This document shows positions 40,975-51,285 of a stretch of DNA of 64,000 nucleotides, piece after piece. The notes below the pieces were generated by a model. The model made no database searches. It was not told the origin of the DNA and was given only the letters and a program-made list of their open reading frames with translations. Made by a program: the position numbers and the translations under genes. The stretch lies in the NCBI GenBank assembly GCA_964347615.1, contig CAYFZO010000001.1, positions 61,559 through 125,558 on the forward strand. Direction: 5' to 3'. Source of the stretch: an uncultured Chromatiales bacterium (GTDB lineage Bacteria; Pseudomonadota; Gammaproteobacteria; Poriferisulfidales; Oxydemutatoraceae). The stretch's first letter is position 1. Every line of letters begins with the position of its first letter.

Positions 40975-41725
40975 CGATAAACCCGCCGAGTGTGGCTGCG
41001 AATTCCGGAGGATGCGACAGAAACGGGGCGTGCCCCGCGCCGGCGACGGTGACGCAACGTCCCCGCGGCGCGAGACGGCTGCTTTGCTCGAGGTTTGCGG
41101 GCTTGATGATCAGATCCTTTTCGCCGGCGATGAACAACGCGGGTTTATCGAAACCCCGCATCGCGTTCCGGGCGTCCGCGGTTCTCACAAGCTCCAAACC
41201 GGCCTTGAGCTCCTCCTTGTCCCACGGCATCGCGGCGAGCGAATTCATCAACGTGCGCACGTCCATCCGGCGCTCGCTGCCGAACAGCTGCCACTTGATG
41301 AGCAGACGCAAAACCCGCTCGGGGAAAACGGCAAACAAGCGCAGCGTGGTTTCGAACAACGCGCGGTTGGCGCCGTACGGCCAGTCCGCGGACGCGACGC
41401 AGCGTGAACCCATGCCGACGCTGACCACGGAACGAACGCGTTCGGGCGCCGCCTGCGCCGCGAGCTGAGCGAGCAAGCCGCCGAGCGACCAGCCGACCCA
41501 GACCGCGTTATCGGGCGCGAGCCGAAGCAGGCCCGAAACCAACCGCTGCGGGTGACCGAACGAATACGACGAGTCCAGGCTGCCGCCGTGCCCCGGAAGG
41601 TCAACCATGGTCAAGCGGCAACGGTCCTTGAACCGCGCGACAATCCCGTCCCAGCAACGGAGGTTCATCAACCAACCGTGAATCAAGAACAGGTCGGGAC
41701 CCTGCCCGGTTTGTTCAACGTGCAT
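40961..41725 (-). CDS. bioH: pimeloyl-ACP methyl ester carboxylesterase (alpha/beta hydrolase)
   Basis: LFLIHGW, nucleophile elbow GWSLGG, and GAGHAPFLSHP. I chose the internal ATG at 41725. Confidence 0.7.
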   Translation of the reverse strand: MHVEQTGQGPDLFLIHGWLMNLRCWDGIVARFKDRCRLTMVDLPGHGGSLDSSYSFGHPQRLVSGLLRLAPDNAVWVGWSLGGLLAQLAAQAAPERVRSVVSVGMGSRCVASADWPYGANRALFETTLRLFAVFPERVLRLLIKWQLFGSERRMDVRTLMNSLAAMPWDKEELKAGLELVRTADARNAMRGFDKPALFIAGEKDLIIKPANLEQSSRLAPRGRCVTVAGAGHAPFLSHPPEFAATLGGFIDELD

Positions 41726-41825
41726 CGGCGAATCCCGCAAACTTCCCACTGCCCCGCCCGACGTCGGTTGCGGCAATACAATCGAACCGAGCGGGCCGTA
41801 TGAACCCCAGTATAATTGATACACC

Positions 41826-42413
41826 ATGCCCCACTTCTCCGACCTCGTCGCCGTCGGCGGCGGCTATCTCGCGGGCTCGGTGTCGTTTGCCGTTGTCGTT
41901 TGCCGTACGCTGAACCTGCCCGACCCGCGCAACCGCGGGTCGGGCAACCCCGGTGCAACCAACGTCGCACGCTTGGCGGGCAAGCTGCCCGCCGCGTTAA
42001 CCTTATGCGGCGACGTCGCAAAAACGGTGGTGCCGATGCTGCTTGTGCGCGCCTTGGGCTACCCGGAAACGACGGTTGCGCTGGTCGGCTTGGCTGCGTT
42101 CATCGGCCACGTCTATCCGCTGTATCACCGCTTCAGGGGAGGCAAGGGAGTCGCGCCCTTTCTCGGGGTCCTGACGGTCCTGCAGTGGCAGATGGCGCTG
42201 ATTTGGCTCGCGCTCTGGCTCGCCGTGTTCTTGCCCTTCCGCTACGTATCGGCCGCGAGCATGACCGCTTCCTTGGCGATACCTTTTTACGCTTGGGGGA
42301 CGGCGCAACCGCGATGGCTGATACTGCTGGTCTCGGCGGCCGCGTTGCTGATCCTGATCAGGCACGCCGACAACGTCCGCAACCTGCTCAATCACCCCGA
42401 ACGGGAGAAATAA
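41826..42413 (+). CDS. plsY: glycerol-3-phosphate acyltransferase PlsY
   Basis: GSGNPGATNV motif and a polytopic 195-aa protein. Confidence 0.92.
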   Translation: MPHFSDLVAVGGGYLAGSVSFAVVVCRTLNLPDPRNRGSGNPGATNVARLAGKLPAALTLCGDVAKTVVPMLLVRALGYPETTVALVGLAAFIGHVYPLYHRFRGGKGVAPFLGVLTVLQWQMALIWLALWLAVFLPFRYVSAASMTASLAIPFYAWGTAQPRWLILLVSAAALLILIRHADNVRNLLNHPEREK

Positions 42414-42425
42414 CTCGCCCAGCCT

Positions 42426-43439
42426 CTACCGGGAGACGGCTTCCAAGCTCTCGAGGTTCCAGCGGGGACGCACTTGCGGCCAGGGAGTGCTTTCCTCTCC
42501 GGCTTGCAGCCGCAGTAACCCCGCGTAAGCAATCATCACGCCGTTGTCGGTGCACAACGTCGGGCGGGGGAAAAACACGCGGGCGGCGGCGCGACGCGCA
42601 AGCAAGTCCAGCCTCTCGCGCAAGCGGCGGTTCGCGCTGACGCCGCCGGCGACCACCAGCCGATCGCAACGGGTCTGCTCCAACGCGCGCCGGCACTTGA
42701 CCGCAAGCACCTCGGTCACGGCTTCCTCGAACGCACGCGCCACGTCGGCTTTGGTCGGTTCGTCCCCCGGGGCGTCGCGTAACACGTTGCGCACGTGCGT
42801 CTTGAGACCGCTGAAACTGAAATCGAGCCCCGGCTTGCGCATCATCGGCCGCGGGAAGCTGAAACGCTCCGGGTTGCCCGCCCGCGCAAGTTTTTCGACT
42901 TCCGGCCCGCCCGGATAGCTCAGGCCAAGCAGTTTCGCGGTCTTGTCAAACGCTTCGCCGACCGCGTCATCGAGCGTGTCGCCGAGAATCTCGTAATCAC
43001 CGAGTTGTTTGACCAAAACCAATTGCGTGTGTCCGCCCGACACCAGCAACGCGACGAAAGGCGGCTCGGGCGAAGGCTCGTCGAGCAGCGGCGCGAGCAA
43101 GTGCGCCTCGAGATGGTGGATGCCGACCGCGGGCAGACCGCAAGCCCAAGCAAGAGCGTGCCCGAACGCGGCGCCGGTCAACAAAGCGCCGACCAAGCCC
43201 GGCCCCGCGGTGTAGGCAACGGCGTCCACTTGTTCCAGGCCGCCCTCGCCCAGGGTCTCCTCGATCAAGGGCAACAGGCGCCTGACGTGGTCCCGCGAAG
43301 CCAGCTCGGGAACGACGCCACCGTAGGGGGCGTGTATCTCGGCTTGGCTGAACAAGGCCTGCGCGACAACGCCGCGTTGCGAATCAACCAGCCCGACGCC
43401 GGTTTCGTCGCAGGACGTTTCTATGCCGAGAACGTGCAC
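42426..43439 (-). CDS. tsaD: tRNA N6-adenosine threonylcarbamoyltransferase
   Basis: [14 protein letters not shown]-terminus. 337 aa. Confidence 0.95.
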   Translation of the reverse strand: MHVLGIETSCDETGVGLVDSQRGVVAQALFSQAEIHAPYGGVVPELASRDHVRRLLPLIEETLGEGGLEQVDAVAYTAGPGLVGALLTGAAFGHALAWACGLPAVGIHHLEAHLLAPLLDEPSPEPPFVALLVSGGHTQLVLVKQLGDYEILGDTLDDAVGEAFDKTAKLLGLSYPGGPEVEKLARAGNPERFSFPRPMMRKPGLDFSFSGLKTHVRNVLRDAPGDEPTKADVARAFEEAVTEVLAVKCRRALEQTRCDRLVVAGGVSANRRLRERLDLLARRAAARVFFPRPTLCTDNGVMIAYAGLLRLQAGEESTPWPQVRPRWNLESLEAVSR

Positions 43440-43463
43440 GGGTCTATGTTTCGCGTCGTCCCA

Positions 43464-44024
43464 TCAGTACAGCGAACGTAGGATAACCAGCACAAGGTAA
43501 AGCACCAGCAGCAAAGCCAAGGGGCTGAGATCCACGACCCCGACGGACGGCACGATCCGCCGCAACGGCACGAGCACCGGGGCGGTCAAGCTGTAGAGCA
43601 AGGATATCAACGGATGGCTGAACGCCTGCACGCCGCTCATGAACCAGCTGCTGACCGCGAGAATAATCACCGAGAAGATATAGATGTAAATCAGCGTCTC
43701 GCCGAGCTGGATCAAGCCGACCAGAAGCAACGGGGTTAAAGACCACAGCTTGCCCTGAATAAGCCCGATCAAAACAAGGGCTAGCACTTTCAATCCGTAA
43801 GCGAGGAGCCAACACGCGAGGTCCGCCCGCCCGACGGGCGGAATGAACTTGCGCAAGGCGGCGACCGGAGGCTGAGTCAGCTTGACCACGACCTGCGACA
43901 ACGGATTGTAAAAATCGGCCTGTACCAGCATCAACAGGAAACGCAGCAGGAACGTGAGCGCGTACAAGGACAACAGAGTGTCGGTCAGGAACAGCAAAAC
44001 GTTCTGAAAAACGCCGGGTTCCAT
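43464..44024 (-). CDS. yggT: YggT family membrane protein
   Basis: Two YggT-like halves, polytopic, directly downstream of proC. Confidence 0.8.
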   Translation of the reverse strand: MEPGVFQNVLLFLTDTLLSLYALTFLLRFLLMLVQADFYNPLSQVVVKLTQPPVAALRKFIPPVGRADLACWLLAYGLKVLALVLIGLIQGKLWSLTPLLLVGLIQLGETLIYIYIFSVIILAVSSWFMSGVQAFSHPLISLLYSLTAPVLVPLRRIVPSVGVVDLSPLALLLVLYLVLVILRSLY

Positions 44025-44857
44025 CAGTCACCGCCGGAATCCTGGTCGAGTCGGCGCGAAATCTCGCGGCTGCGCCGTGCCGCCGAAGCAAGCGCCCGTT
44101 CGAACATTTCGTCTATGCCGCTTCGTTCGAGCGACTCGACCGCGCGTTCGGTGGTGCCGCCTTTGGAAGTAACCCGTTCCCGCAAAGCTTTGAGGTCGCC
44201 CGCGCGGTGTGCGAGCGTCGAGGCGCCGAGCGCAGTCTGGACGACGAACTTCCGCGCCGAGGCGGCGTCAATTCCCAACGCAACCGCCCCTTGCACAAGC
44301 GCTTCCATGACGCGGAAAAAATACGCGGGCCCGCTCCCTGAAAGCGCCGTGACCGCGTCCATCAACGTTTCATCCTCGATCCACGCGACGTCGCCGACGG
44401 CCGAAAAGATGCTCTCGGCGAGCTCGCGGTGGGTCCGGGAAACGTCGGCGCCGGCGTACAGAACGCTCATGCCGAGACCGACTGCAACCGGCGTGTTGGG
44501 CATGCAACGAACCAAAGGCGGCGGGTTGCACGTCCATTTCGCAAGCGTCGCGCAACCGACGCCCGCGGCCACCGAAACGAGCAAGCCGGAACGCGCTTGC
44601 AGGACGGAACCGATCTCCTTGCACACGCCGTGCATATCGCCGGGTTTCACGCACGCGACCAACACCTCACAGCCCGCCGCAGCCTCTTGGTTCGAGGCGT
44701 GAATCGCAACCCCCGGGTACCTGCTTGCCAACGATTCGGCTTTTGTCGCGTCGCTGTCGGTAACCGCCAGCGCGGAGGCGTCGAAACCACGCTCTATCAG
44801 CCCCTGAACGAGACTCGCGGCGAGATTGCCGGCGCCGATGAATGAGATATTGGCCAT
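44024..44857 (-). CDS. proC: pyrroline-5-carboxylate reductase
   Basis: ISFIGAGNLAASL Rossmann motif and the VTSKGGTTERAV motif. Confidence 0.93.
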   Translation of the reverse strand: MANISFIGAGNLAASLVQGLIERGFDASALAVTDSDATKAESLASRYPGVAIHASNQEAAAGCEVLVACVKPGDMHGVCKEIGSVLQARSGLLVSVAAGVGCATLAKWTCNPPPLVRCMPNTPVAVGLGMSVLYAGADVSRTHRELAESIFSAVGDVAWIEDETLMDAVTALSGSGPAYFFRVMEALVQGAVALGIDAASARKFVVQTALGASTLAHRAGDLKALRERVTSKGGTTERAVESLERSGIDEMFERALASAARRSREISRRLDQDSGGD

Positions 44858-44944
44858 GGTGCGGTTACGGCGTGAAATTATACTTTAGGCGGACGTTTGC
44901 TCGGGTCCGAACGGGCGCCGCGGCGGACTCGCGAACCAACGCGG

Positions 44945-45454
44945 TCAATTCACCGCGCGCGCGGCCTTGAAGATAACGCCGCAAAGCAAAGTGAGGAAAA
45001 TAAACAGGATCAGGGTCTGTTGCGCGATGCTCAAGCCGAGAAAAGTCCACGCAATCTCGGCGCATTCTCCGGAAGAGTTGAGGACAATGGAAAGAGTTTC
45101 CGACAAAGGAAACGCTTCGAGCATGTAATCCAGGTCGGGAGTGCAATCAGGGACTTCGCCGGGCGGCAGGCTTTGCAGGTAAACGTGGCGTCCCGCCAGC
45201 GCGACTCCGATTGCACCGAACGCGATATTGACCCCCGCGTAAATCCGCTGTCCGACGTGCGCGGGGTTGTGCACAAAAGCGAGCAGAAAGATCAGCGCCA
45301 TCAAAGCAATCACGACGCGGTCGAGTATGCACAGGGGGCAAGGCGCAAGACCCAGACGTCCTTCCATGAAGAAAACCGCCACGAGCAACGCGCCGACGCA
45401 TAGAACGAAGCCGCCGGCGTGCAGGCTGCGGGGCGGCGGTAAGGTCGGCATCAT
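44945..45454 (-). CDS. dsbB: disulfide bond formation protein B
   Basis: CPLCILDR motif in TM1 and a second Cys pair in the periplasmic loop. I chose ATG 45454, which lies after the upstream stop. Confidence 0.85.
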   Translation of the reverse strand: MMPTLPPPRSLHAGGFVLCVGALLVAVFFMEGRLGLAPCPLCILDRVVIALMALIFLLAFVHNPAHVGQRIYAGVNIAFGAIGVALAGRHVYLQSLPPGEVPDCTPDLDYMLEAFPLSETLSIVLNSSGECAEIAWTFLGLSIAQQTLILFIFLTLLCGVIFKAARAVN

Positions 45455-45471
45455 CAAAGGCGCCGCAGCGC

Positions 45472-46317
45472 CTACTTCCAGTCTATATTCGACCTGACGC
45501 GCAGATTGTATTCCCAAGCTTCTTCAAGCAAGCTCATCTGGCAGCCTTGTCGCCGCGCGTCCCGCATAATCGCGTTGACGTCTTTCGGCAGGCATTTTCC
45601 GCCCCAGCCCCGGTCGCCGTCGTATCCCGGAACGTCGCGGTGACTGTTGCCCATCCTGACGTCGTAATGAAACAGCTCGGACAGCTCCGGCCAAGCGGTA
45701 CCGGACCCGCTTTCCCGGAACAAATCGTAAAACTGGTTGAGAAAGCTTACCTTTACCGCGAGATAGGAGTTGATCATGTATTTGACGAACGCCGCGCCGA
45801 TCGCGTCGCAATAACCGACCTTGCAAGGTACGCAAGTACTGTACCGTTCAAACAGCTTCTGTACCGCGCGGGCGTGTTCCGGTTCGCCGCCGATAATCCT
45901 GAAAGAGGGACTGAGAAAGTCACGCTGAGCGTTCCTTTCGGTCAGGAACTCCGGAAGCATGACCAAGTTAAGTTGCGGGCAACGCTCCAAGTATTCACCG
46001 ATTTTCGACGGCAGCGTCGTACTGGTGATGACCAGTATCTTGTTTTCATCCGCGAGCGGGGAGACCGCCGCCACCACCTGGTCAACGTTGGACGAATCGA
46101 AAGGACCGCCTTGCTGCCCCTGGTCGAATTTCTGCGGCGTCGGCACCGAAACAAAGGTAAAGTCGCTTGCCCGCCAGACTTCCTCGACGGAACGCTTGAA
46201 ACGCTGCGACTGTTGCGGGGAATACAGCGGGTCGAAAACGTGCAGGGAGGCTTTGCTCTCAAACCCCTTGCAGATTGCCTTGCCGACGGTGCCGTAACCG
46301 ACGATGCCGATATTCAT
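45472..46317 (-). CDS. UDP-glucose/GDP-mannose dehydrogenase-like protein, short form (281 aa)
   Basis: MNIGIVGYGTVGKA Rossmann motif and catalytic-Cys context GWGGKCLPKD. The protein ends soon after the central domain. AT-richer than its neighbours by eye. Confidence 0.65.
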   Translation of the reverse strand: MNIGIVGYGTVGKAICKGFESKASLHVFDPLYSPQQSQRFKRSVEEVWRASDFTFVSVPTPQKFDQGQQGGPFDSSNVDQVVAAVSPLADENKILVITSTTLPSKIGEYLERCPQLNLVMLPEFLTERNAQRDFLSPSFRIIGGEPEHARAVQKLFERYSTCVPCKVGYCDAIGAAFVKYMINSYLAVKVSFLNQFYDLFRESGSGTAWPELSELFHYDVRMGNSHRDVPGYDGDRGWGGKCLPKDVNAIMRDARRQGCQMSLLEEAWEYNLRVRSNIDWK

Positions 46318-46332
46318 GAGCGACTGTTCCTA

Positions 46333-46432
46333 GGGAGCTATATACGAAAGTTGACGTCGATTTTCCGTATCGGTTTGACGCTTCATAAGCCGACCAACGG
46401 CCGCTTCCGCGCCCAGAAGACCCGTTCCCGGA
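46333..46432 (+). repeat. intergenic repeat family, copy D
   Basis: gggagctatatacgaaagttgacgtcgattttccgtatcggtttgacgcttcataagccgaccaacggccgcttccgcg...cccgttcccgg. Confidence 0.7.
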
Positions 46433-46444
46433 GACCGACCCGCC

Positions 46445-46531
46445 ACGTGCGGGCGAGTGCCGTCAATCTACCTCATCTTGAGGCGAGAGGCAAACACGGT
46501 CGGTCTTGCCAACTTATGTATACGAGTCCCC
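46445..46531 (-). repeat. intergenic repeat family, partial copy D' (inverted, tail-to-tail with D)
   Basis: The plus strand ...cttgaggcgagaggcaaacacggtcggtcttgccaacttatgtatacgagtcccc matches the reverse complement of the family core and head. Confidence 0.5.
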
Positions 46532-46752
46532 TATTTCACACAAGCGCGGCGGCGGCGGTCCTCGACGCGTCCGACGGCAAAACAAGATTTGTGCTCCCCC
46601 CCGCTTGCTTGACCCGTTCGCTTGACCGCTTGAAACGGCGGACACGGCGACAAAACGCGCGACGGCGACGAGGTGGTTTTCACGGAGGGGAACGCTCCAG
46701 GGCGGCTCCCGTGGAACCGCGGCTTGCCCGGGGGCGTCATCCGCCGCCGCGG

Positions 46753-47934
46753 TCAAACGTTCCAATCGAGCGCGCCGCCCGTCTGATACTCGGTGACGCG
46801 GGTTTCGAAAAAGTTCTTTTCTTTCTTCAGGTCGAGGGTCTCTGACATCCAGGAAAACGGGTTGGTCACGCCCGGAAACTGTTCGGGCAAACCGATTTGA
46901 ACGAATCGCCGGTTGGCGATAAATTCGACGTATTGCTTGAACAGGCTCGCATTCATGCCCAACATGCCGCGAGGCATCGTGTCTTCCGCGTAAAGCTTTT
47001 CGTGCTCCACACCGTCAAGAATCAATTCGACGATTTCTCTTTTGAATTCGTCGCTCCACAAACGGGGGTTCTCCAGCTTAATCTGGTTAATCACGTCAAT
47101 GCCGAAATTCATGTGCATGGATTCATCACGCAGGATGTACTGGAACTGCTCGGCGACGCCCGTCATCTTATTGCGCCGCCCCATCGACAGGATCTGCGCG
47201 AATCCGACGTAAAAGAAAATTCCCTCGAACACGACGTAAAAAGCGATGAGGTCGCGTAACAAGCGCTGGTCGGCCGCAGGGGTGCCGGTTTTGAAGCCGG
47301 GGTCGCCGAGACTCTGCGTGTAGGGCAACGCCCATTCGGCCTTGCGCGCGACCGACGGCAATTCACGGTACATATTGAAGACCTCAGCCTCGTCAAGCCC
47401 TAAGGACTCTATGCAGTATTGATACGCGTGGGTGTGCACCGCCTCTTCAAAAGCTTGACGCAACAAGTACTGCCTGCATTCAGGGTTGGTGACGTGGCGG
47501 TAAACCGCCAGCACGAGATTGTTCGCAACCAGCGAGTCTGCGGTCGAAAAGAAACCGAGGTTGCGCTTGACCACCCTGCGTTCATCTTCGCTCAGACCGT
47601 CGGCACTCTTCCACAAAACGATATCGGCGCTCATGTTGATTTCCTGCGGCATCCAGTGATTGTTACACGCCGCCAGATATTTATCCCACGCCCAAGCGTA
47701 CTTGAACGGCACCAACTGATTGAGATCGGCGCGGCAATTGATGATCCGTTTGTCATCGACACGAACGCGCGCGGCGCCCATCTCGATTTCCTCAAGTCCG
47801 GTTGCGCCGCCGCCGTTTCCGGCGCGGTCAGGCCGGGGCATAACGCCGTCATGCAGCGGCGGCACGGTGAGCTCGGGCTCGAGCACCGCGGTGCTGTTAC
47901 GGGCGGTCAACGGGTCTTCCCAATTCAATTGCAT
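46753..47934 (-). CDS. nrdB: ribonucleoside-diphosphate reductase beta subunit (class Ia)
   Basis: Di-iron ligand contexts [10 protein letters not shown] and RDESMH, downstream of nrdA. Confidence 0.93.
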   Translation of the reverse strand: MQLNWEDPLTARNSTAVLEPELTVPPLHDGVMPRPDRAGNGGGATGLEEIEMGAARVRVDDKRIINCRADLNQLVPFKYAWAWDKYLAACNNHWMPQEINMSADIVLWKSADGLSEDERRVVKRNLGFFSTADSLVANNLVLAVYRHVTNPECRQYLLRQAFEEAVHTHAYQYCIESLGLDEAEVFNMYRELPSVARKAEWALPYTQSLGDPGFKTGTPAADQRLLRDLIAFYVVFEGIFFYVGFAQILSMGRRNKMTGVAEQFQYILRDESMHMNFGIDVINQIKLENPRLWSDEFKREIVELILDGVEHEKLYAEDTMPRGMLGMNASLFKQYVEFIANRRFVQIGLPEQFPGVTNPFSWMSETLDLKKEKNFFETRVTEYQTGGALDWNV

Positions 47935-47967
47935 GATGATTCTCTCCTGCGGTAACAGCGTTGACGT

Positions 47968-50877
47968 TTATTGACACGCTTCGCAATCGGAGGCGAAGAT
48001 CGAACAGGCGTCGGGCGCGCCGCCGCCGTTATTGCCGCCGTTGCTCACCTTGACGGCGTTCAACTTGTTTTCCCCCGTCTCCATGGTGCTTTTCTCGACG
48101 TGGCTCGCGCCCAACGACCGCAAGTAGTAGGTGGTTTTCAACCCTTTGACCCAAGCCAGTTTGTAGAGGTTGTCCATCTTCGCGCCCGACGGCTCGCTCA
48201 TGTACAAGTTCAGCGACTGCGACTGGTCTATCCATTTCTGCCGCCGCGAAGCGGCCTCGACCAACCAGCGGGGGTCTATCTCAAACGCCGTTGCGTACAG
48301 CTGTTTGAGCTCGTCGGGGATGCGGTCGATGCTCTGCACGCTGCCGTCGTAGTATTTAAGATCGTTGACCATGACTTCGTCCCACAAACCAAGCGCTTTC
48401 AAATCCTCGACCAAATGAGGATTGACCACCGTGAATTCGCCGGACAAATTCGATTTAACGAACAGATTCTGGTAGGTCGGTTCGATGCTTTGCGTAACCC
48501 CGCATACGTTCGAAATCGTCGCCGTCGGTGCAATCGCCATCGTGTTGGAGTTGCGCATCCCGTATTGCTTGACGTCCTCGCGCAATTTATCCCAGTCGAA
48601 AGTGGATGAAACGTCAACGTCGACGTAGTCGCCGCGTTGTTCGGACAACAACCGGATCGAGTCGATCGGCAGCACTCCGCGACTCCACAACGAGCCGTCG
48701 AAACTTGAGTAGGTGCCGCGTTCCCGAGCCAACCGATTGGATGCCTTGATGGCGAAATAGCTCACGGCCTCCATCGCGCGGTCGGCGAAAACCACCGCGT
48801 CTTCGCTGGAGTAGGGAACGCGCAAGGTATAAAGCGCGTCCTGAAAACCCATTACGCCCAGCCCGACCGGACGGTGGCGCACGTTGGAAAGCCGTGCTTT
48901 CCCGACGCTGTAGAAATTGTAGTCGATGACGTTGTCGAGCATGCGCATCGCAACGGTGACGGATTTCTCCAGCTTGTCCATCATCAATCCGTCCTTATCC
49001 ACGTGCGCGGCAAGGTTCAGAGAACCTAGGTTGCACACGGCAATCTCTTCGTCCGAAGTGTTCAGGGTGATCTCGGTGCACAGGTTGGACGAGTGCACCA
49101 CGCCGACGTGTTGCTGCGGCGAACGCAAGTTACAGGCGTCCTTGAAAGTCAACCATGGATGCCCGGTCTCGTACAGCATGTTCAACATCTTGCGCCACAG
49201 GTCCACGGCTTTGACGCGCTTGAAGTTGGTTATCTCCCCCCGATCGGCCATTTCCTCGTATTCAAGGTAGCGGCACTCGAATTTCTCGCCGTACAAATCG
49301 TGCAAATCGGCAGCATCGTCGGGCGAAAACAGCGTCCACTCCGCGCCTTCCGCAAGGCGCTTCATGAACAAATCCGGGACCCAATTCGCGGTGTTCATGT
49401 CGTGGGTGCGGCGCCGGTCGTCGCCGGTGTTCTTGCGCAGCTCCAGAAACTCCTCGACGTCGAGATGCCAGGTTTCCAAGTAAGCGCAAACCGCGCCTTT
49501 GCGCTTGCCTCCTTGATTGACCGCAACCGCGGTGTCGCTTGCGACTTTCAAAAACGGCACGATCCCCTGCGATTTACCGTTGGTTCCCTTGATCGGAGAA
49601 CCGATCGAGCGCACGCGCGTCCAGTCGTTGCCCAAACCGCCGGCGAACTTTGACAGCATCGCGTTGTCCTGGATCGCCTCGAAGATACCGTGCAAATCAT
49701 CGGCGACGGTGGTCAAGTAGCACGAAGACAGCTGCGGGCGCAAAGTGGCGCAGTTGAACAGCGTCGGCGTCGAACTCATGAAGTCAAACGACGACAACAA
49801 TTCGTAGAACTCGACGGCGTGCTCTTCGCGCTCGACTTCGCCGTTCGCAAGCCCCATCGCCACGCGCATGAAAAACGCCTGCGGCAGTTCAAACCGCCTG
49901 CCGCCGGAATGTATGAAATAGCGGTCATAGAGGGTCTGCAGACCGAGATAGGTGAATTGCCGGTCGCGCTCGGGTTTGAGCGCTCCCGCGAGCTTCTCAA
50001 GATCGTATTCGTTGCACAGGCGCGGGTCCAGCAGTTCAAGCTCAACGGCGTGGGAAATGTAACGCTTGAAGTATTCGGGATAACGCTCGGCCATCTCGTC
50101 CAACGTCGCCTCGTCGGGACGTCCGGCCAAAAAAGAAAGCGCTTCCCTGCGCAACTTGTCGAGTAACAAGCGCGCCGACACAAAAGAGTAAGCAGGCTCT
50201 TTTTCGATCAAAGTTCGCGCACTCATGATCAACGCGGTGCTGACGTCCTTGAACGCCATGCCGCTGTACAAACTGCGCAAAGATTCCTGAACGATCGCCT
50301 GTGCCGACGCGCCTTCGGTTTCACGACACGCTTCCGCGACTATTTTCTCGAAGCGCTCAAGGTCGAGCGGTTTTTGAGAACCGTCCTCAAGCGTGACCAT
50401 GATTTCTTGCGGGTCAACGGCAACGGATTGATCCTTGCCGTCCTTGAGGGCTTTTTCCCTTTCTTTGGAGCGCTCCTCACGATAGAGGACGTAGGTGCGG
50501 GCAACTTTATGGTCGCCGTTGCGCATCAACGCCAACTCGACGTAGTCCTGAATGTCTTCGATGTGGAATATCCCGCCGTCGGGCTGACTGCGGGTAAGGG
50601 CGTAGACTATCTGCTTGGTCAGCGTTTCGGTGGTGTCGTGAATGCGCCGCGACGCCGCGGCACTCCCGCCTTCCACCGCGAGAAACGCTTTGGTGATCGC
50701 GATCTTGATCTTGTCCGCGTCGAAAGCGGTGACCTTGCCGTTGCGACGAATGACCCGATATTTGCCTGGTGCCGTGGCCGCGACTTCGGCAGTTTGATCA
50801 AGCATCGCATCGGCAACGGCGCTCACATCCCCAAGCCTTTCCTTAAAGGACGTTTCTTTAAGCGGCGGCTGTTCCAT
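47968..50877 (-). CDS. nrdA: ribonucleoside-diphosphate reductase alpha subunit (class Ia)
   Basis: 969 aa. ATP-cone-like N-terminus, SSNLCTEITL active-site motif and a C-terminal CxxC tail (CEAC). Confidence 0.95.
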   Translation of the reverse strand: MEQPPLKETSFKERLGDVSAVADAMLDQTAEVAATAPGKYRVIRRNGKVTAFDADKIKIAITKAFLAVEGGSAAASRRIHDTTETLTKQIVYALTRSQPDGGIFHIEDIQDYVELALMRNGDHKVARTYVLYREERSKEREKALKDGKDQSVAVDPQEIMVTLEDGSQKPLDLERFEKIVAEACRETEGASAQAIVQESLRSLYSGMAFKDVSTALIMSARTLIEKEPAYSFVSARLLLDKLRREALSFLAGRPDEATLDEMAERYPEYFKRYISHAVELELLDPRLCNEYDLEKLAGALKPERDRQFTYLGLQTLYDRYFIHSGGRRFELPQAFFMRVAMGLANGEVEREEHAVEFYELLSSFDFMSSTPTLFNCATLRPQLSSCYLTTVADDLHGIFEAIQDNAMLSKFAGGLGNDWTRVRSIGSPIKGTNGKSQGIVPFLKVASDTAVAVNQGGKRKGAVCAYLETWHLDVEEFLELRKNTGDDRRRTHDMNTANWVPDLFMKRLAEGAEWTLFSPDDAADLHDLYGEKFECRYLEYEEMADRGEITNFKRVKAVDLWRKMLNMLYETGHPWLTFKDACNLRSPQQHVGVVHSSNLCTEITLNTSDEEIAVCNLGSLNLAAHVDKDGLMMDKLEKSVTVAMRMLDNVIDYNFYSVGKARLSNVRHRPVGLGVMGFQDALYTLRVPYSSEDAVVFADRAMEAVSYFAIKASNRLARERGTYSSFDGSLWSRGVLPIDSIRLLSEQRGDYVDVDVSSTFDWDKLREDVKQYGMRNSNTMAIAPTATISNVCGVTQSIEPTYQNLFVKSNLSGEFTVVNPHLVEDLKALGLWDEVMVNDLKYYDGSVQSIDRIPDELKQLYATAFEIDPRWLVEAASRRQKWIDQSQSLNLYMSEPSGAKMDNLYKLAWVKGLKTTYYLRSLGASHVEKSTMETGENKLNAVKVSNGGNNGGGAPDACSIFASDCEACQ

Positions 50878-50956
50878 TGTTTTGCTTCGGAAGCGAAATT
50901 GCTTGCGTAAATCAAGAAACTAATCGTTGCGGGCGTGGTTGCCGAGAGCGGTCAGG

Positions 50957-51001
50957 TTACCATATATGGGCAATCCGTCAAGGATGGACAACATGTAGAT
51001 A
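50957..51001. promoter_or_regulatory. two NrdR-box-like palindromes upstream of nrdA (tentative)
   Basis: ttaCCATATATGGgca (50957-50972) and ggacaACATGTagata (50986-51001) lie 80-125 nt upstream of the nrdA ATG. They partly match the consensus acaCwAtATaTwGtgt as I remember it. Centre-to-centre spacing is 29 nt, not the usual 31-32. Confidence 0.3.
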
Positions 51002-51079
51002 ATCAGCGGAATTCAGCGGGGACGGGCGGTGGGCATGCTGTGGATAAACTGCCGGCCCTCGCTGGGGCGGCCAAACCGG

Positions 51080-51224
51080 TTCGGGCACGGGATTTCCGAG
51101 GCAGGTCAAAAACGACGCGGCGGTCAGGTTACGTGAACGCCACATCGGGCGGGTATCAGCAAGTCTATAGGGCCGGCGAAATGCAAGCGGAGTCAGCTTG
51201 TCAACTTATGTATATAAATCCCCG
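51080..51224 (-). repeat. intergenic repeat family, degenerate copy F (inverted, with internal insertion)
   Basis: gacgcggcggtcaggttacgtgaacgccacatcggg ... gtcaacttatgtatataaatcccc resembles the reverse complement of the core plus head. Confidence 0.4.
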
Positions 51225-51285
51225 TGAACGCTTTCGTCTTTCGCGGCGCGTGACTCGGAAAGGGGGTTACCTCCCCGTCGCGCTC

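Noticed and set aside
41808-41828. TATAAT 9 nt before the plsY ATG, suggesting a leaderless mRNA. A similar TATTAT lies before the M16 gene at 22657.
   Set aside because: These are only -10-like hexamers with no -35 or extended -10. The evidence is too weak to report as a feature.
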